DNA of 32,759 bases from an uncultured Anaerolineales bacterium (GTDB lineage Bacteria > Chloroflexota > Anaerolineae > B4-G1 > SLSP01): the NCBI GenBank assembly GCA_964501335.1, contig CAZCTC010000010.1, positions 128,001-160,759 on the forward strand. Direction: 5' to 3'. Below the pieces are notes generated by a model. That model had not been told where the DNA came from. It ran no database searches and was given only the letters and a program-made list of their open reading frames with translations. The first letter of the stretch is position 1; the number at the start of each line of letters is the position of its first letter. Below are positions 16,313 through 25,105 of this stretch, piece after piece. The position numbers and the translations under genes were made by a program.

Positions 16313-18343
16313 ATGATGGAGATTTCGGGTTATAAAATTCGCGTGAAAATAGCGCGGCTGGCCTTAAGCGGGCAATTTATCTGCCTTACTGGAATCCTGG
16401 TCATTTATTTTGGGCTGGCGTTGGGCTATAGAATTGCGGGGCCTTTTAATCGCCCTGTATGGATGAATTTGTATTTATTGCTGGCGCTGGATATCTGTTC
16501 TTTTATTTCCGTTTTCTGGTTGAGAAGATCGTTGACTCAGGCGGTGTGGGGGTATGCCTGGAGCAATCTCATTTATGTGGTTTTGATGCTGGGCTATCGG
16601 CTGCTCGATTTCAACTCTCCGAAAATCGATCCTCCTTATATTATCTTTTTATTGCATTTGAATATCTTTTCGTTGGGGATTATATTTGGTTTTCGTCCGG
16701 CGTTTAAATATGCCCTGGCGACCGTCGTCGTATTTTTAGTGGTGGGAATTTTCTATACCGAACGGCTGTCGATTGTGGTGGGAATTTTGTTTGCTTTGCT
16801 TATGACCTTTCCTCCTTTGGGGATCGATAAGTTAATGGCGGAGTTGCGGCAAAGCCAGGAAAAATTAAGTATCATTTTTCGAGAATCTCCGGATGTGATT
16901 TTAGTGTTGGATCCGGCGACAGGGAGAATTTGGGAGGGGAATGCCGCTGTCAAATGGGTGTTAGGTTACGTGGAAGAAGAGCTGCGTGGGGAACCTTTCA
17001 GTAAATTGTATGAATCGGATTCGCCGTTGGGAAAGGAGAAACTCTGGTATGTGGAGGCTCAGCGGCGGGATACCCACGGTTCCCAGTTCTTTTTGAAAGC
17101 CGATGGAACGCGCTGTCCGATGGATTGGACGGCGGCGCGCATTCCCTGGGATGAGGATTCGGCGATCCTGATTACGTTACGGGATGTGACGGAACGTTAT
17201 CAGGCGGAGGTGGAGCGAGCTCGTTTTACGGCCCAGTTGGGGGCCGCGGCCGAACTGGCGGCCCGGATCAATGCTTATCTGGATGCCGATCAGTTGTTGC
17301 CGATGGTGGTGGCTCAGGTGCAATCCCGCCTGGATGTGGCCCGGGCGGCGATCTATTTGTTGAATGAGGATTTGCAGGCGGCGCTTTCTCCTGCTGTTAA
17401 AGAGAGTGTGAGCCTGGGGGCATTGATGGCCTCGTCCAGCGTTATTGCCCGGGTGGTTCAGAACCGGGAGATGGTCAGGATTGACGATCTTCAGGAGTTG
17501 TCGTCAGAAGATCTTCCGTTTTTGCAGGCGGGGATGCAGACTCAACTGGTCGTTCCTTTGATTGTGCAGGATTGTCTGTTGGGCGTGATGGATCTTCAGG
17601 ATCTGCGGCCGGGGCGTTTTCATACCATCGATCTGGATGTCTTTTTCACGCTGGGGGTTCAGATCGCGACATCGCTTGAGAATGCGCGGCTCTTTGGGGA
17701 ATTGCAGAAGACGGCCCGTAATTTGCAGGGCCTTTCGCATCGTCTGGTGGCGGTGCAGGAGCAGGAGCGGCGGAACATTGCCTGTGAACTGCACGATGAG
17801 ATCGGGCAGATGTTGACGGCATTGAAGTTAATGCTGGATATGAGCAGCGGCGCCGGGGATTCGCAACAGGAGGCGCGGGATATGGTGCGCGATCTGTTGG
17901 AGCGGGTGCGCAACCTTTCGTTGGAGTTGCGGCCGCCGATGCTGGACGATTTAGGGATTTTGCCGGCGCTGGTCTGGCTTTTCAACCGTTATACCACGCA
18001 GACCCATATCAAAGTGAGTTTTCGCCATTCCGGGTTGGAGCGGCGTTTTACCCCGCAGATTGAGACGGCGGCCTATCGAGTGATCCAGGAATCGTTGACC
18101 AATGTCGCCCGCCATGCTCGTGTGCAAGAGGTCGAGGTGCGGTTGTGGGCGGATGAGGCGCAATTGCAGGTGCAGGTGGAAGATAACGGTCAGGGATTTG
18201 ATCTGGACGAAGTGCTGAGCCAGGCGGGTTCCAATGGATTATCGGGGATGCGGGAACGGGTTATGTTGTTGGGCGGAGAACTGACGATCGATTCCCGGCC
18301 GGGGGCGGGGACTTCGCTGGTGGCGGAGTTGCCCTTGCAATGA
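16313..18343 (+). CDS. Sensor histidine kinase, NarL-partner type (polytopic membrane domain - PAS - GAF - HisKA_3 - HATPase_c). A TTG at 16301 overlapping the moxR stop is an alternative start.
   Basis: HisKA_3 H-box CELHDEIGQMLTALK. HATPase N/G boxes (LTNVARHA, DNGQGFD, GLSGMRERVMLLGG). GAF block before LENARLFGELQ. AT-richer N-terminal membrane domain with a PVWMNLYLL motif. Confidence 0.9.
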   Translation: MMEISGYKIRVKIARLALSGQFICLTGILVIYFGLALGYRIAGPFNRPVWMNLYLLLALDICSFISVFWLRRSLTQAVWGYAWSNLIYVVLMLGYRLLDFNSPKIDPPYIIFLLHLNIFSLGIIFGFRPAFKYALATVVVFLVVGIFYTERLSIVVGILFALLMTFPPLGIDKLMAELRQSQEKLSIIFRESPDVILVLDPATGRIWEGNAAVKWVLGYVEEELRGEPFSKLYESDSPLGKEKLWYVEAQRRDTHGSQFFLKADGTRCPMDWTAARIPWDEDSAILITLRDVTERYQAEVERARFTAQLGAAAELAARINAYLDADQLLPMVVAQVQSRLDVARAAIYLLNEDLQAALSPAVKESVSLGALMASSSVIARVVQNREMVRIDDLQELSSEDLPFLQAGMQTQLVVPLIVQDCLLGVMDLQDLRPGRFHTIDLDVFFTLGVQIATSLENARLFGELQKTARNLQGLSHRLVAVQEQERRNIACELHDEIGQMLTALKLMLDMSSGAGDSQQEARDMVRDLLERVRNLSLELRPPMLDDLGILPALVWLFNRYTTQTHIKVSFRHSGLERRFTPQIETAAYRVIQESLTNVARHARVQEVEVRLWADEAQLQVQVEDNGQGFDLDEVLSQAGSNGLSGMRERVMLLGGELTIDSRPGAGTSLVAELPLQ

Positions 18344-20409
18344 AGACATCTAAGGAAAGCTATTTAGAAATCGATTATTCTGAACAGCTTGCCCGGGAGA
18401 AGATTGCCAGGGTGATTTTGCTTAGCAATGTTATTGCCCTTGGAGCCCTTTTTATTTTCAATCTGGTTAGATTAATCTTAATGTTAACGGAAGAGCCGGG
18501 GTATCAACCCGCCTGGTATTCATTCTTTAGTATGGCGGCGTTGGTGGGGGGCGGGATTGTTGCGTTGGGTTGGATCAGGAGATCGCTTTTTGCGGGAATG
18601 GTGTTTTACGCCTGGTTTGCATTGTTTTGTGTCCTGGTAATGATTGTGGGAGCCTTTATATGGGGAGGTCTGCAACGTTACCCTTTAATAGTGTTAGTTT
18701 TTTATATAGGGATTTTATCTCTCAGTGTTATTGTAGGATATAAGACAGCTTTACCTTATGCAATTGTTGTGTCTTTGGTAATGGTGGTCTGTGGGGTAAT
18801 TTTTAATGATGTGCTTTTTTCAGTACCTTTGGTCGTTACCTCTTATTTAATGGTTTTGCCAGCCTTATTCATTGATTATATGACCGATAGTATAAGACAG
18901 AGTGAACAACGGTTTAAAATCCTTTTTCAGGAATCGCCGGATTTGATTGTGGTCGTTGAACGAGAAACGGGGATTGTGTTACATGTCAATTCGGCGTTGG
19001 AACGTTTTACAGGGTATTTTCCTGAAATGTTGATAGGCAAATCCTTTTTTGATGTTTTTCCTCAAGAAGTGTTTCCTGACTTAACTGAAATTTCAGAGGG
19101 TCAACCCCGAGCCGAATTTCGTGCTGTTGCAGATCGAGCTTTTTATCGGTTGGATGGGACTCTTATTTTTATGGATTTGAGTATAGCTTCAATAGTTTGG
19201 ATGAAGAGATCTGCTTTGTTGGTGGTTTTAAGAGACGTTACTGGGCGCCATCGCGCAGAGGAAGACCGTCAACATTTTACGAAACAATTGCGAGTGGCCG
19301 CAGAGTTGACTGGCCAGATTAATACCTGTCTGAACTCTGAAGCCTTAACTTTCATGATAGAAAATCAAATGGAGCAACTTTTGAATTTGAGTCGGGTGAG
19401 AATTTTTCTCTTTGATGAAAAAAGTCAAACCCTTGTTCGATATGCAGGTGGCTCGGAAATTGTGAAATCTTATCATTTGCAGGATCCCTACCTAGTGGCA
19501 CAAGCTGCCCATGATCTCATTCTGGTTCAGGCCCTTAAAGAATCAAAGATGGATGATGGGAGGAGATTGGATTCTGAGGGGGATATGGGAGGGCAGGTAG
19601 CAGTACCTTTGGTTTCACATGGAAAACTTTTGGGAGTGTTAGACATTCAAGATATCAGTCCAAATCGATTTCATCCCGGTGATCTGGATATTTTCTATAC
19701 TTTGGCAGGGCAAATTGCTGTAGCTTTGGAAAATGCTCGTTTATTTGGAGACTTGCAGAAGACGGCGATGCATTTACAGGGGCTTTCTTTGCGGTTGCTT
19801 GAGGTTCAGGAGCAGGAACGTCGGAATATTGCGTGTGAGTTGCATGATGAGATGGGCCAAATGTTAACTGCTATCAAGTTGCTTTTGGAAATGAAGAAGT
19901 CCAAATTGGGGAGGGCGGCAGATAATTCGGATCAGGAAATTGGGGATCTTGTGTCGGATTTGTTGAATCGAATTCGGAATCTCTCTTTGCAATTGCGACC
20001 GCCGATGCTCGATGATCTGGGGATTTTACCAACTTTAGTATGGTTGTTTAATCGTTATAGCCATCAAACTCAGATAAAGGTTAATTTTAAGCATGTGGGA
20101 TTGGAACGCCGTTTTTCTTCTCAGGTAGAGACAGTTATCTATCGTGTAATTCAAGAATCTTTAACTAATGTAGCACGTTACGCTATGGTGGATAATGTCG
20201 ACGTTTATATCTGGGGGGATGAATCAATTTTACGGTTACAGGTCGACGATAATGGAGTCGGGTTTGATTTGGATAAGGTTTCAGGTCAATTGAGCTCTAA
20301 CGGCCTTTCTGGCATGCAGGAACGGGTTACTTTACTGGGGGGACAATTCTTGATAGATTCTAAACCAAATTTTGGAACCCATTTGATGGCGGAAATTCCC
20401 CTGCAATAA
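18340..20409 (+). CDS. Sensor histidine kinase, tandem paralog of 16313-18343 (membrane domain - PAS - GAF - HisKA_3 - HATPase_c), distinctly AT-richer than its neighbour
   Basis: ATGA start/stop overlap with the upstream kinase. H-box CELHDEMGQMLTAIK. ENARLFGDLQKTAMHLQGL is nearly identical to the paralog. Membrane-domain motif EPGYQPAWYSFFS. Confidence 0.9.
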   Translation: MKTSKESYLEIDYSEQLAREKIARVILLSNVIALGALFIFNLVRLILMLTEEPGYQPAWYSFFSMAALVGGGIVALGWIRRSLFAGMVFYAWFALFCVLVMIVGAFIWGGLQRYPLIVLVFYIGILSLSVIVGYKTALPYAIVVSLVMVVCGVIFNDVLFSVPLVVTSYLMVLPALFIDYMTDSIRQSEQRFKILFQESPDLIVVVERETGIVLHVNSALERFTGYFPEMLIGKSFFDVFPQEVFPDLTEISEGQPRAEFRAVADRAFYRLDGTLIFMDLSIASIVWMKRSALLVVLRDVTGRHRAEEDRQHFTKQLRVAAELTGQINTCLNSEALTFMIENQMEQLLNLSRVRIFLFDEKSQTLVRYAGGSEIVKSYHLQDPYLVAQAAHDLILVQALKESKMDDGRRLDSEGDMGGQVAVPLVSHGKLLGVLDIQDISPNRFHPGDLDIFYTLAGQIAVALENARLFGDLQKTAMHLQGLSLRLLEVQEQERRNIACELHDEMGQMLTAIKLLLEMKKSKLGRAADNSDQEIGDLVSDLLNRIRNLSLQLRPPMLDDLGILPTLVWLFNRYSHQTQIKVNFKHVGLERRFSSQVETVIYRVIQESLTNVARYAMVDNVDVYIWGDESILRLQVDDNGVGFDLDKVSGQLSSNGLSGMQERVTLLGGQFLIDSKPNFGTHLMAEIPLQ

Positions 20410-20575
20410 ATTTTTTATATTACCCCCTGGTTTTTTTGAGACTGTTTTTTTGTTTTTCTGGTTTTTAAGAGGAAAATGCTATAATGTTTGTATCGCTCCC
20501 TGGGGCGTTTCTATCCTGTATGCTCCCAGCCAGGGATGGCGGCATCACCACAACCTGTTTCCAAGGAGGCCAGTT

Positions 20576-20875
20576 ATGGCACACGCAGCGATTAGTTGGA
20601 TTTCGGGAAGGGTTTTTCTTTTTAAAGATTTTGTGGGGATGGTCGAGAAAAACGTTCAGGAAAACGGATGGGATGGTTTTTTCAAGGAACAGGGCGAAGT
20701 GTTTATGAAGGAATTCGGCAAAGCGCCCGATTGGACAGAGGATGAACGGAAAGTTTTTGCCACCGCTTTTGAGAACGGTAGTTTGCGGAAAGTGGTGGAT
20801 CTGTGGTGGGGCAGCTATGTGGAGGCCCGGGAAGCGGGGCTTTTAAAGTCGGCCGCAGAATATTGGGAATTTTAA
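20576..20875 (+). CDS. Small hypothetical protein X1 (99 aa) carrying one copy of an unrecognised ~85-aa domain (motif F-x-A/T-A-F-x-N-x-x-L-R-x-V-V-x-x-W-W-x-x-Y-x-E)
   Basis: SD aaggagg 20563-20569, 6 nt before ATG 20576. Paralogous to both halves of 21104-21661 (VFATAFENGSLRKVVDLWWGSYVEAREAG vs VTFVACFKNLRLREVVVQWWHAYDEGRKKG and ATFTAAFYNSHLRDVVENWWFVYEEE). Confidence 0.55.
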   Translation: MAHAAISWISGRVFLFKDFVGMVEKNVQENGWDGFFKEQGEVFMKEFGKAPDWTEDERKVFATAFENGSLRKVVDLWWGSYVEAREAGLLKSAAEYWEF

Positions 20876-20904
20876 CTCTTAACTTTATTTTTCAGAAGCG
20901 AGGG

Positions 20905-20942
20905 AAGCCCTTCTCGATAGTCTTATCGAGAAGGGCTTTTTG
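20905..20942 (+). terminator. Rho-independent terminator: 15-bp stem AAGCCCTTCTCGATA-gtct-TATCGAGAAGGGCTT followed by TTTTG
   Basis: Perfect inverted repeat plus a 3' T-run, 30 bp after the stop of 20576-20875. Confidence 0.7.
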
Positions 20943-20987
20943 TTGGTAGGGGGAATGGTTAGCATGTTCAAACATTTATGAGCTTGT

Positions 20988-21016
20988 TTGATTTTTTCTC
21001 GAAAACGGCATACAAT
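20988..21016 (+). promoter_or_regulatory. Sigma70-like promoter candidate TTGATT-17 bp-TACAAT upstream of 21104-21661
   Basis: -35 TTGATT 20988-20993, 17-nt spacer, -10 TACAAT 21011-21016, about 90 nt upstream of ATG 21104, in an AT-rich gap. Confidence 0.45.
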
Positions 21017-21103
21017 GGTATTGGTATGCCCTGGCATATTTCATTTTGCTTGGCCAACTTCCAGGGAAGGGGCGAAGCTGTTGTTAAAGTAAGGAGAAGT
21101 GTC

Positions 21104-21661
21104 ATGATAAATCAAATAAAAACTTTACCCCTTGAAGATTATGAAATACATGTGGTTGGGTATCACGATATTTTACGTCTTACGGGATTGATCTTTTTGG
21201 AGCGAGGTTTTGTTGCAAGGGTAGATGCCCGCGGGATCGATGCTGTTCTCGCTGAAATGGGCTCTGTCGATCTGGATGTTGAACAGGCGGTTACCTTTGT
21301 CGCCTGTTTCAAGAATCTTCGCTTGCGTGAAGTTGTGGTGCAGTGGTGGCATGCCTATGATGAGGGGCGGAAAAAGGGTGAGATCCCTCAGGCGGAACCT
21401 TATTGGACTCCTAATAGACCCACCGGTTATCAGGATATTGTACGGCTTTCGGGGTTGGTTTTCTTTCAACAGAATTTTATAGCCAGGGTGGATGCGCTGG
21501 GGCTGGATGCGATGATTGCGATGGAAGCCGTTTATGGTGATTTAACAGCTTTACAACGTGCTACTTTTACGGCAGCTTTCTATAATTCTCATCTGCGGGA
21601 TGTGGTAGAGAACTGGTGGTTTGTTTATGAAGAGGAACGGTCTTTGAACCATATTCCTTAA
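21104..21661 (+). CDS. Hypothetical protein X2 (185 aa) made of two tandem copies of the same ~85-aa WW-motif domain found in 20576-20875
   Basis: SD aaggag 21091-21096 before ATG 21104. The internal halves align with each other (YHDILRLTGLIFLERGFVARVDARGIDAVL vs YQDIVRLSGLVFFQQNFIARVDALGLDAMI; ...VVVQWWHAYDEG vs ...VVENWWFVYEEE). Confidence 0.55.
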   Translation: MINQIKTLPLEDYEIHVVGYHDILRLTGLIFLERGFVARVDARGIDAVLAEMGSVDLDVEQAVTFVACFKNLRLREVVVQWWHAYDEGRKKGEIPQAEPYWTPNRPTGYQDIVRLSGLVFFQQNFIARVDALGLDAMIAMEAVYGDLTALQRATFTAAFYNSHLRDVVENWWFVYEEERSLNHIP

Positions 21662-21754
21662 ACCTGAATAGTTTTGGCTAATGCTTAGCAATGATCGAAG
21701 CCAGGTGATGTTGGCTGTTTTGATTGATCGAGATTCAATTTCGAACTTCGAGAG

Positions 21755-21797
21755 TGTTCCGGGATTTTGAGCCCGGAACATTCTTATTTTTGTTTTT
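21755..21797 (+). terminator. Rho-independent terminator: stem TGTTCCGGG-attttgag-CCCGGAACA followed by TTCTTATTTTTGTTTTTG
   Basis: 9-bp GC stem plus a long T-rich tail, about 95 bp downstream of the 21661 stop. Confidence 0.65.
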
Positions 21798-21853
21798 GAT
21801 TTTAATGGGTCAGGTATAATTAGGAGAAAAATGGGCCCTGGAAGATTTCGCAT

Positions 21854-23659
21854 TTGTTGGTTGTAAGGGAAAGGAGTCCAGTGAGTGATCGTTTGCAATC
21901 TTCTTCATCTGTTCGTTATAAAACAGCTCGTTTAATTTTATGGTTTAATGCTTTCTTTTTGACTGGGGCGACTGTTCTGAGCCTTGGGTTGTTTATATTA
22001 AAAAGATTCTATCAACCCGGTTATGAACCTGCCTGGATTAATTTTTTTAGCACAATTGCGTTATTTGTTTCTGTATGGGTTTCTTTATATCGGATCCGGT
22101 ATTCTCTTTTTCAAGGTTTTTATTTATATGGCTGGTTGGGGTTGATTTGTATTACTATAGTGCTTTTTTATAATGTTTTTGTAGAGCATGAGGTTGAAAT
22201 TCCTTTTATTGTTTTTGCGTTGCATATTGGGATTTTTGCTGCCGGATTGATCCTGGGATTAAGATATGCGTTGATTTATGCCACCGTAGTCAGTGTTATT
22301 GTGACCATAGTGGGATTTTATTGTAAGAATACAGGATTTGCGGTTGCTGCGGTCGGTCTGGCCTACGGCATGACCCTCCCTTCCTGGCTGGTGGATCAGC
22401 TGGAGCGCGATCTGCGGAAAAGCGAAGAGAAATTTATTACGATCTTCCGGGATGCGTTGGATGTGATTCTGGTGGTGGATCTCGATACCCGGGTGATTCT
22501 CAAGGTGAACCGGGCGGTCGAGACGGTGTTGGGGTATGAATCCGAGGTGTTGTTGGGCCAGCCGGTTTCGATTTTATGGTTGCCGGAGGGGGAGCTTTCC
22601 AGTTACCATTTCTGGGAAGATTTGCGCACCAGGAAGGCAATTTTTGAATCGACTTCGTTCCGGCGGGCTGACGGGCTGCTCTGTCCGGTGGATTTGACGG
22701 CGACGGTGATCCCCTGGGAAGATCACAATGCGGCGCTGGTGACGCTGCGCGATGTGACGGAGCGCTATTATGTGGAGGAGCAACTGCGCCGCCATCAAGA
22801 ACAACTGGAACAGCAGGTGCAGGATCGTACGGGGGAGTTGCAGACGGCCAACGATCAGTTGCGGATCGAGGTTTTGGAACGGCAACGAGCCGAAGAGACG
22901 TTGCGGGATCAGGCTGTGGAGCTGGAGGCCCGGAATGTGGAGCTGGATGCGTTTGCCCATACGGTGGCCCACGATCTGAAAAATCCCCTGACTAATTTGA
23001 TCGGCTTCAGCAATCTGCTGGAACGACGTCTGGAACGCCTTTCGCCCGACAAAATAGCTTCGTATGTGCAGATGATCGGTCAAAACGGCCGCAAGATGAA
23101 CAACATCATTAATGAGTTGTTGTTGCTGGCCAGTGTGCGCAAGATTGAAGAGGTGGAGCGCGATGTGCTGGATATGGCCACCATTGTGCATGAGGCGCAG
23201 GATCGCCTGCGGGATATGCTGGCCGAATCTCAGGCGGTGGTGACGGTGCCCGAGCAATGGCCGCCGGCTTTCGGTTACGGGCCCTGGGTGGAAGAAGTAT
23301 GGGCCAACTATATCAGCAACGCGATCAAGTATGGCGGAGTGCCGCCGCGGGTGGAGTTGGGCGCTGAGCGGCTGGTGGATGGGCGGGTGCGCTTTTGGGT
23401 GCGCGATAACGGCAAGGGATTGACCCTTGAGGAACGGGCTCAGCTTTTCACGCTTTTTACCCGGCTGGATAAGGTCCGGGCCCGGGGGCATGGTTTAGGC
23501 CTTTCGATTGTGCGGCGGATTGTGGAGAAATTGGGCGGTGAGGTCGGTGTGGAGAGCGAAGTAGGGCAGGGAAGCTGTTTTTCCTTTATTTTACCGGCGG
23601 CTGCGGTATCTATGGCGGTGCAGCCCACGTCGACCCCGTTGCTGGGCCGGCAGGATTGA
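21854..23659 (+). CDS. Sensor histidine kinase (membrane domain homologous to those of the two preceding kinases - PAS - coiled-coil - HisKA - HATPase_c). The GTG at 21881 after SD aaggag (21871-21876) is the more likely start.
   Basis: Membrane motif QPGYEPAWINFFS. H-box VAHDLKNPLTNL. N/G boxes (YISNAIKYG, DNGKGL, GHGLGLSIVRRIVEKLGG). Nucleotide composition switches from AT-rich to GC-rich at about 22380, just after the last TM helix. Confidence 0.85.
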   Translation: MLVVRERSPVSDRLQSSSSVRYKTARLILWFNAFFLTGATVLSLGLFILKRFYQPGYEPAWINFFSTIALFVSVWVSLYRIRYSLFQGFYLYGWLGLICITIVLFYNVFVEHEVEIPFIVFALHIGIFAAGLILGLRYALIYATVVSVIVTIVGFYCKNTGFAVAAVGLAYGMTLPSWLVDQLERDLRKSEEKFITIFRDALDVILVVDLDTRVILKVNRAVETVLGYESEVLLGQPVSILWLPEGELSSYHFWEDLRTRKAIFESTSFRRADGLLCPVDLTATVIPWEDHNAALVTLRDVTERYYVEEQLRRHQEQLEQQVQDRTGELQTANDQLRIEVLERQRAEETLRDQAVELEARNVELDAFAHTVAHDLKNPLTNLIGFSNLLERRLERLSPDKIASYVQMIGQNGRKMNNIINELLLLASVRKIEEVERDVLDMATIVHEAQDRLRDMLAESQAVVTVPEQWPPAFGYGPWVEEVWANYISNAIKYGGVPPRVELGAERLVDGRVRFWVRDNGKGLTLEERAQLFTLFTRLDKVRARGHGLGLSIVRRIVEKLGGEVGVESEVGQGSCFSFILPAAAVSMAVQPTSTPLLGRQD

Positions 23660-23669
23660 GGTTTTACCG

Positions 23670-24377
23670 ATGGAGGTGATCTGGGCCGGGTTGATTGAAG
23701 GCTTGCGCTTGTTTTTTACCGGTGATCCGGCTTTGTGGACCGTGATCGGACGCTCGGCTCAGGTGAGCGGGGTGGCGTTGCTGGTGAGCAGTTTGTTGGG
23801 CGTTCCCGCCGGCGCGGTGTTGGGGCTGACCCGTTTTCCTGGTCGGCGTCTGGTGCAGGCTCTGGTTTATACCGGAATGGGGCTGCCGCCGGTAGTGGTT
23901 GGGCTGGCGGTCTATCTGTTGCTTTCGCGCAACGGCATCCTCGGGCCGTTGCATTGGTCCTGGGTCCCCGAACTTTTTACCCCTGAGGCGATGATTTGGG
24001 CTCAGGTGGTGATTGCCGTGCCGATGGTGGTGGGCTTCACGATGGCGGCGGTGGCCGGGGTGGATCCTGAACTGGGGCGGCAACTGGCCGCTCTGGGGGC
24101 GACGCGGTTGCAGGTGGGCCTGGCGGTGCTGCGCGAGGCGCGTTTGGGGGTGCTGATCTCGATCATCGCCGGGTTGGGGAGCATTATTTCCGAGGTTGGG
24201 GCGGTGATGATGGTGGGCGGCAATATTGAGGGCTATACGCGGGTTTTGACTACCGCTATTATGCTGGAGACCCGGCAGGGCAATTTCGATCTGGCGATTG
24301 GATTGGGGCTGGTTCTGTTGGGCCTTTCGTTTGTGATCAATCTGGCGATGACTTTGTTGCAGGGAAAGGGACGTTGA
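23670..24377 (+). CDS. ABC transporter permease (TupB/ModB/CysTW-like small-anion importer family; substrate not determinable)
   Basis: 235 aa, 5-6 TM. EAA-like loop LAALGATRLQVGLAVLREARLGVLISIIAGLG. Its stop overlaps the ATPase start (TGATG). Confidence 0.8.
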   Translation: MEVIWAGLIEGLRLFFTGDPALWTVIGRSAQVSGVALLVSSLLGVPAGAVLGLTRFPGRRLVQALVYTGMGLPPVVVGLAVYLLLSRNGILGPLHWSWVPELFTPEAMIWAQVVIAVPMVVGFTMAAVAGVDPELGRQLAALGATRLQVGLAVLREARLGVLISIIAGLGSIISEVGAVMMVGGNIEGYTRVLTTAIMLETRQGNFDLAIGLGLVLLGLSFVINLAMTLLQGKGR

Positions 24378-25105
24378 TGACGGCATCGATTTACAGGTTG
24401 GAAGGGGTGCGCCGGCTTTATCAGGGGCGGCCCGTGGTGGATATCGCGCAGCTGGATGTGGAACCGGGAGAGATTCTGGCGATTGTGGGGCCAAGCGGGG
24501 CGGGAAAATCGACGTTGTTGCGGCTGCTCAATTTTTTGGAGTTTCCTGACAGCGGTACGCTTCATTATCGCGGGCACTCTGTGACGCATGAGTCGGTGAC
24601 GCTGGCGCTGCGTCGTGAAGTGACGACAGTCTTTCAACGGCCGGCGTTGCTTTCAATGAGCGTGATGGAGAATGTGACTTACGGGTTGCATCTGCGCGGC
24701 GAGCGCGGGGGGCGGGCCCGGGTGGAGACGGTGCTGGAGCGGATGGGGCTGGCGGCCTTGAGCAAGGCGCCGGCGCGGACGCTTTCCGGCGGTGAGGCGC
24801 AGCGGGTAGCTCTGGCCCGCGCGTTGGTGATCCGGCCGGCGGTGATGTTGCTGGATGAACCTACGGCGAATCTGGATCCTTACAATGTGGGGTTGATCGA
24901 ATCGGTGGTGGCCGGGATGAATCAGGAAGAAGGCACGACGATGGTGCTGGTGACCCATAACATTTTTCAGGCCCGCCGATTGGCCCGGCGCGTTGTTTTT
25001 TTGCTTAACGGGCAGGTTGTTGAGGTCGCTCCGAGCCGGGCCTTTTTTGAAATGCCCGTCGATCCGCGAACGGCGGCTTTTGTGCGCGGCGAGATGGTTT
25101 GTTAG
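24377..25105 (+). CDS. ABC transporter ATP-binding protein
   Basis: Walker A GPSGAGKST. Signature LSGGEAQR. Walker B MLLDEPTANLD. H-loop VLVTHN. Confidence 0.9.
   Translation: MTASIYRLEGVRRLYQGRPVVDIAQLDVEPGEILAIVGPSGAGKSTLLRLLNFLEFPDSGTLHYRGHSVTHESVTLALRREVTTVFQRPALLSMSVMENVTYGLHLRGERGGRARVETVLERMGLAALSKAPARTLSGGEAQRVALARALVIRPAVMLLDEPTANLDPYNVGLIESVVAGMNQEEGTTMVLVTHNIFQARRLARRVVFLLNGQVVEVAPSRAFFEMPVDPRTAAFVRGEMVC

Noticed and set aside
20478-20486. Extended -10-like TGcTATAAT upstream of 20576-20875 as a promoter
   Set aside because: There is no acceptable -35 at 16-18 bp spacing (TTGAGA lies about 36 bp upstream), and the region is generally AT-rich, so this is a chance match.
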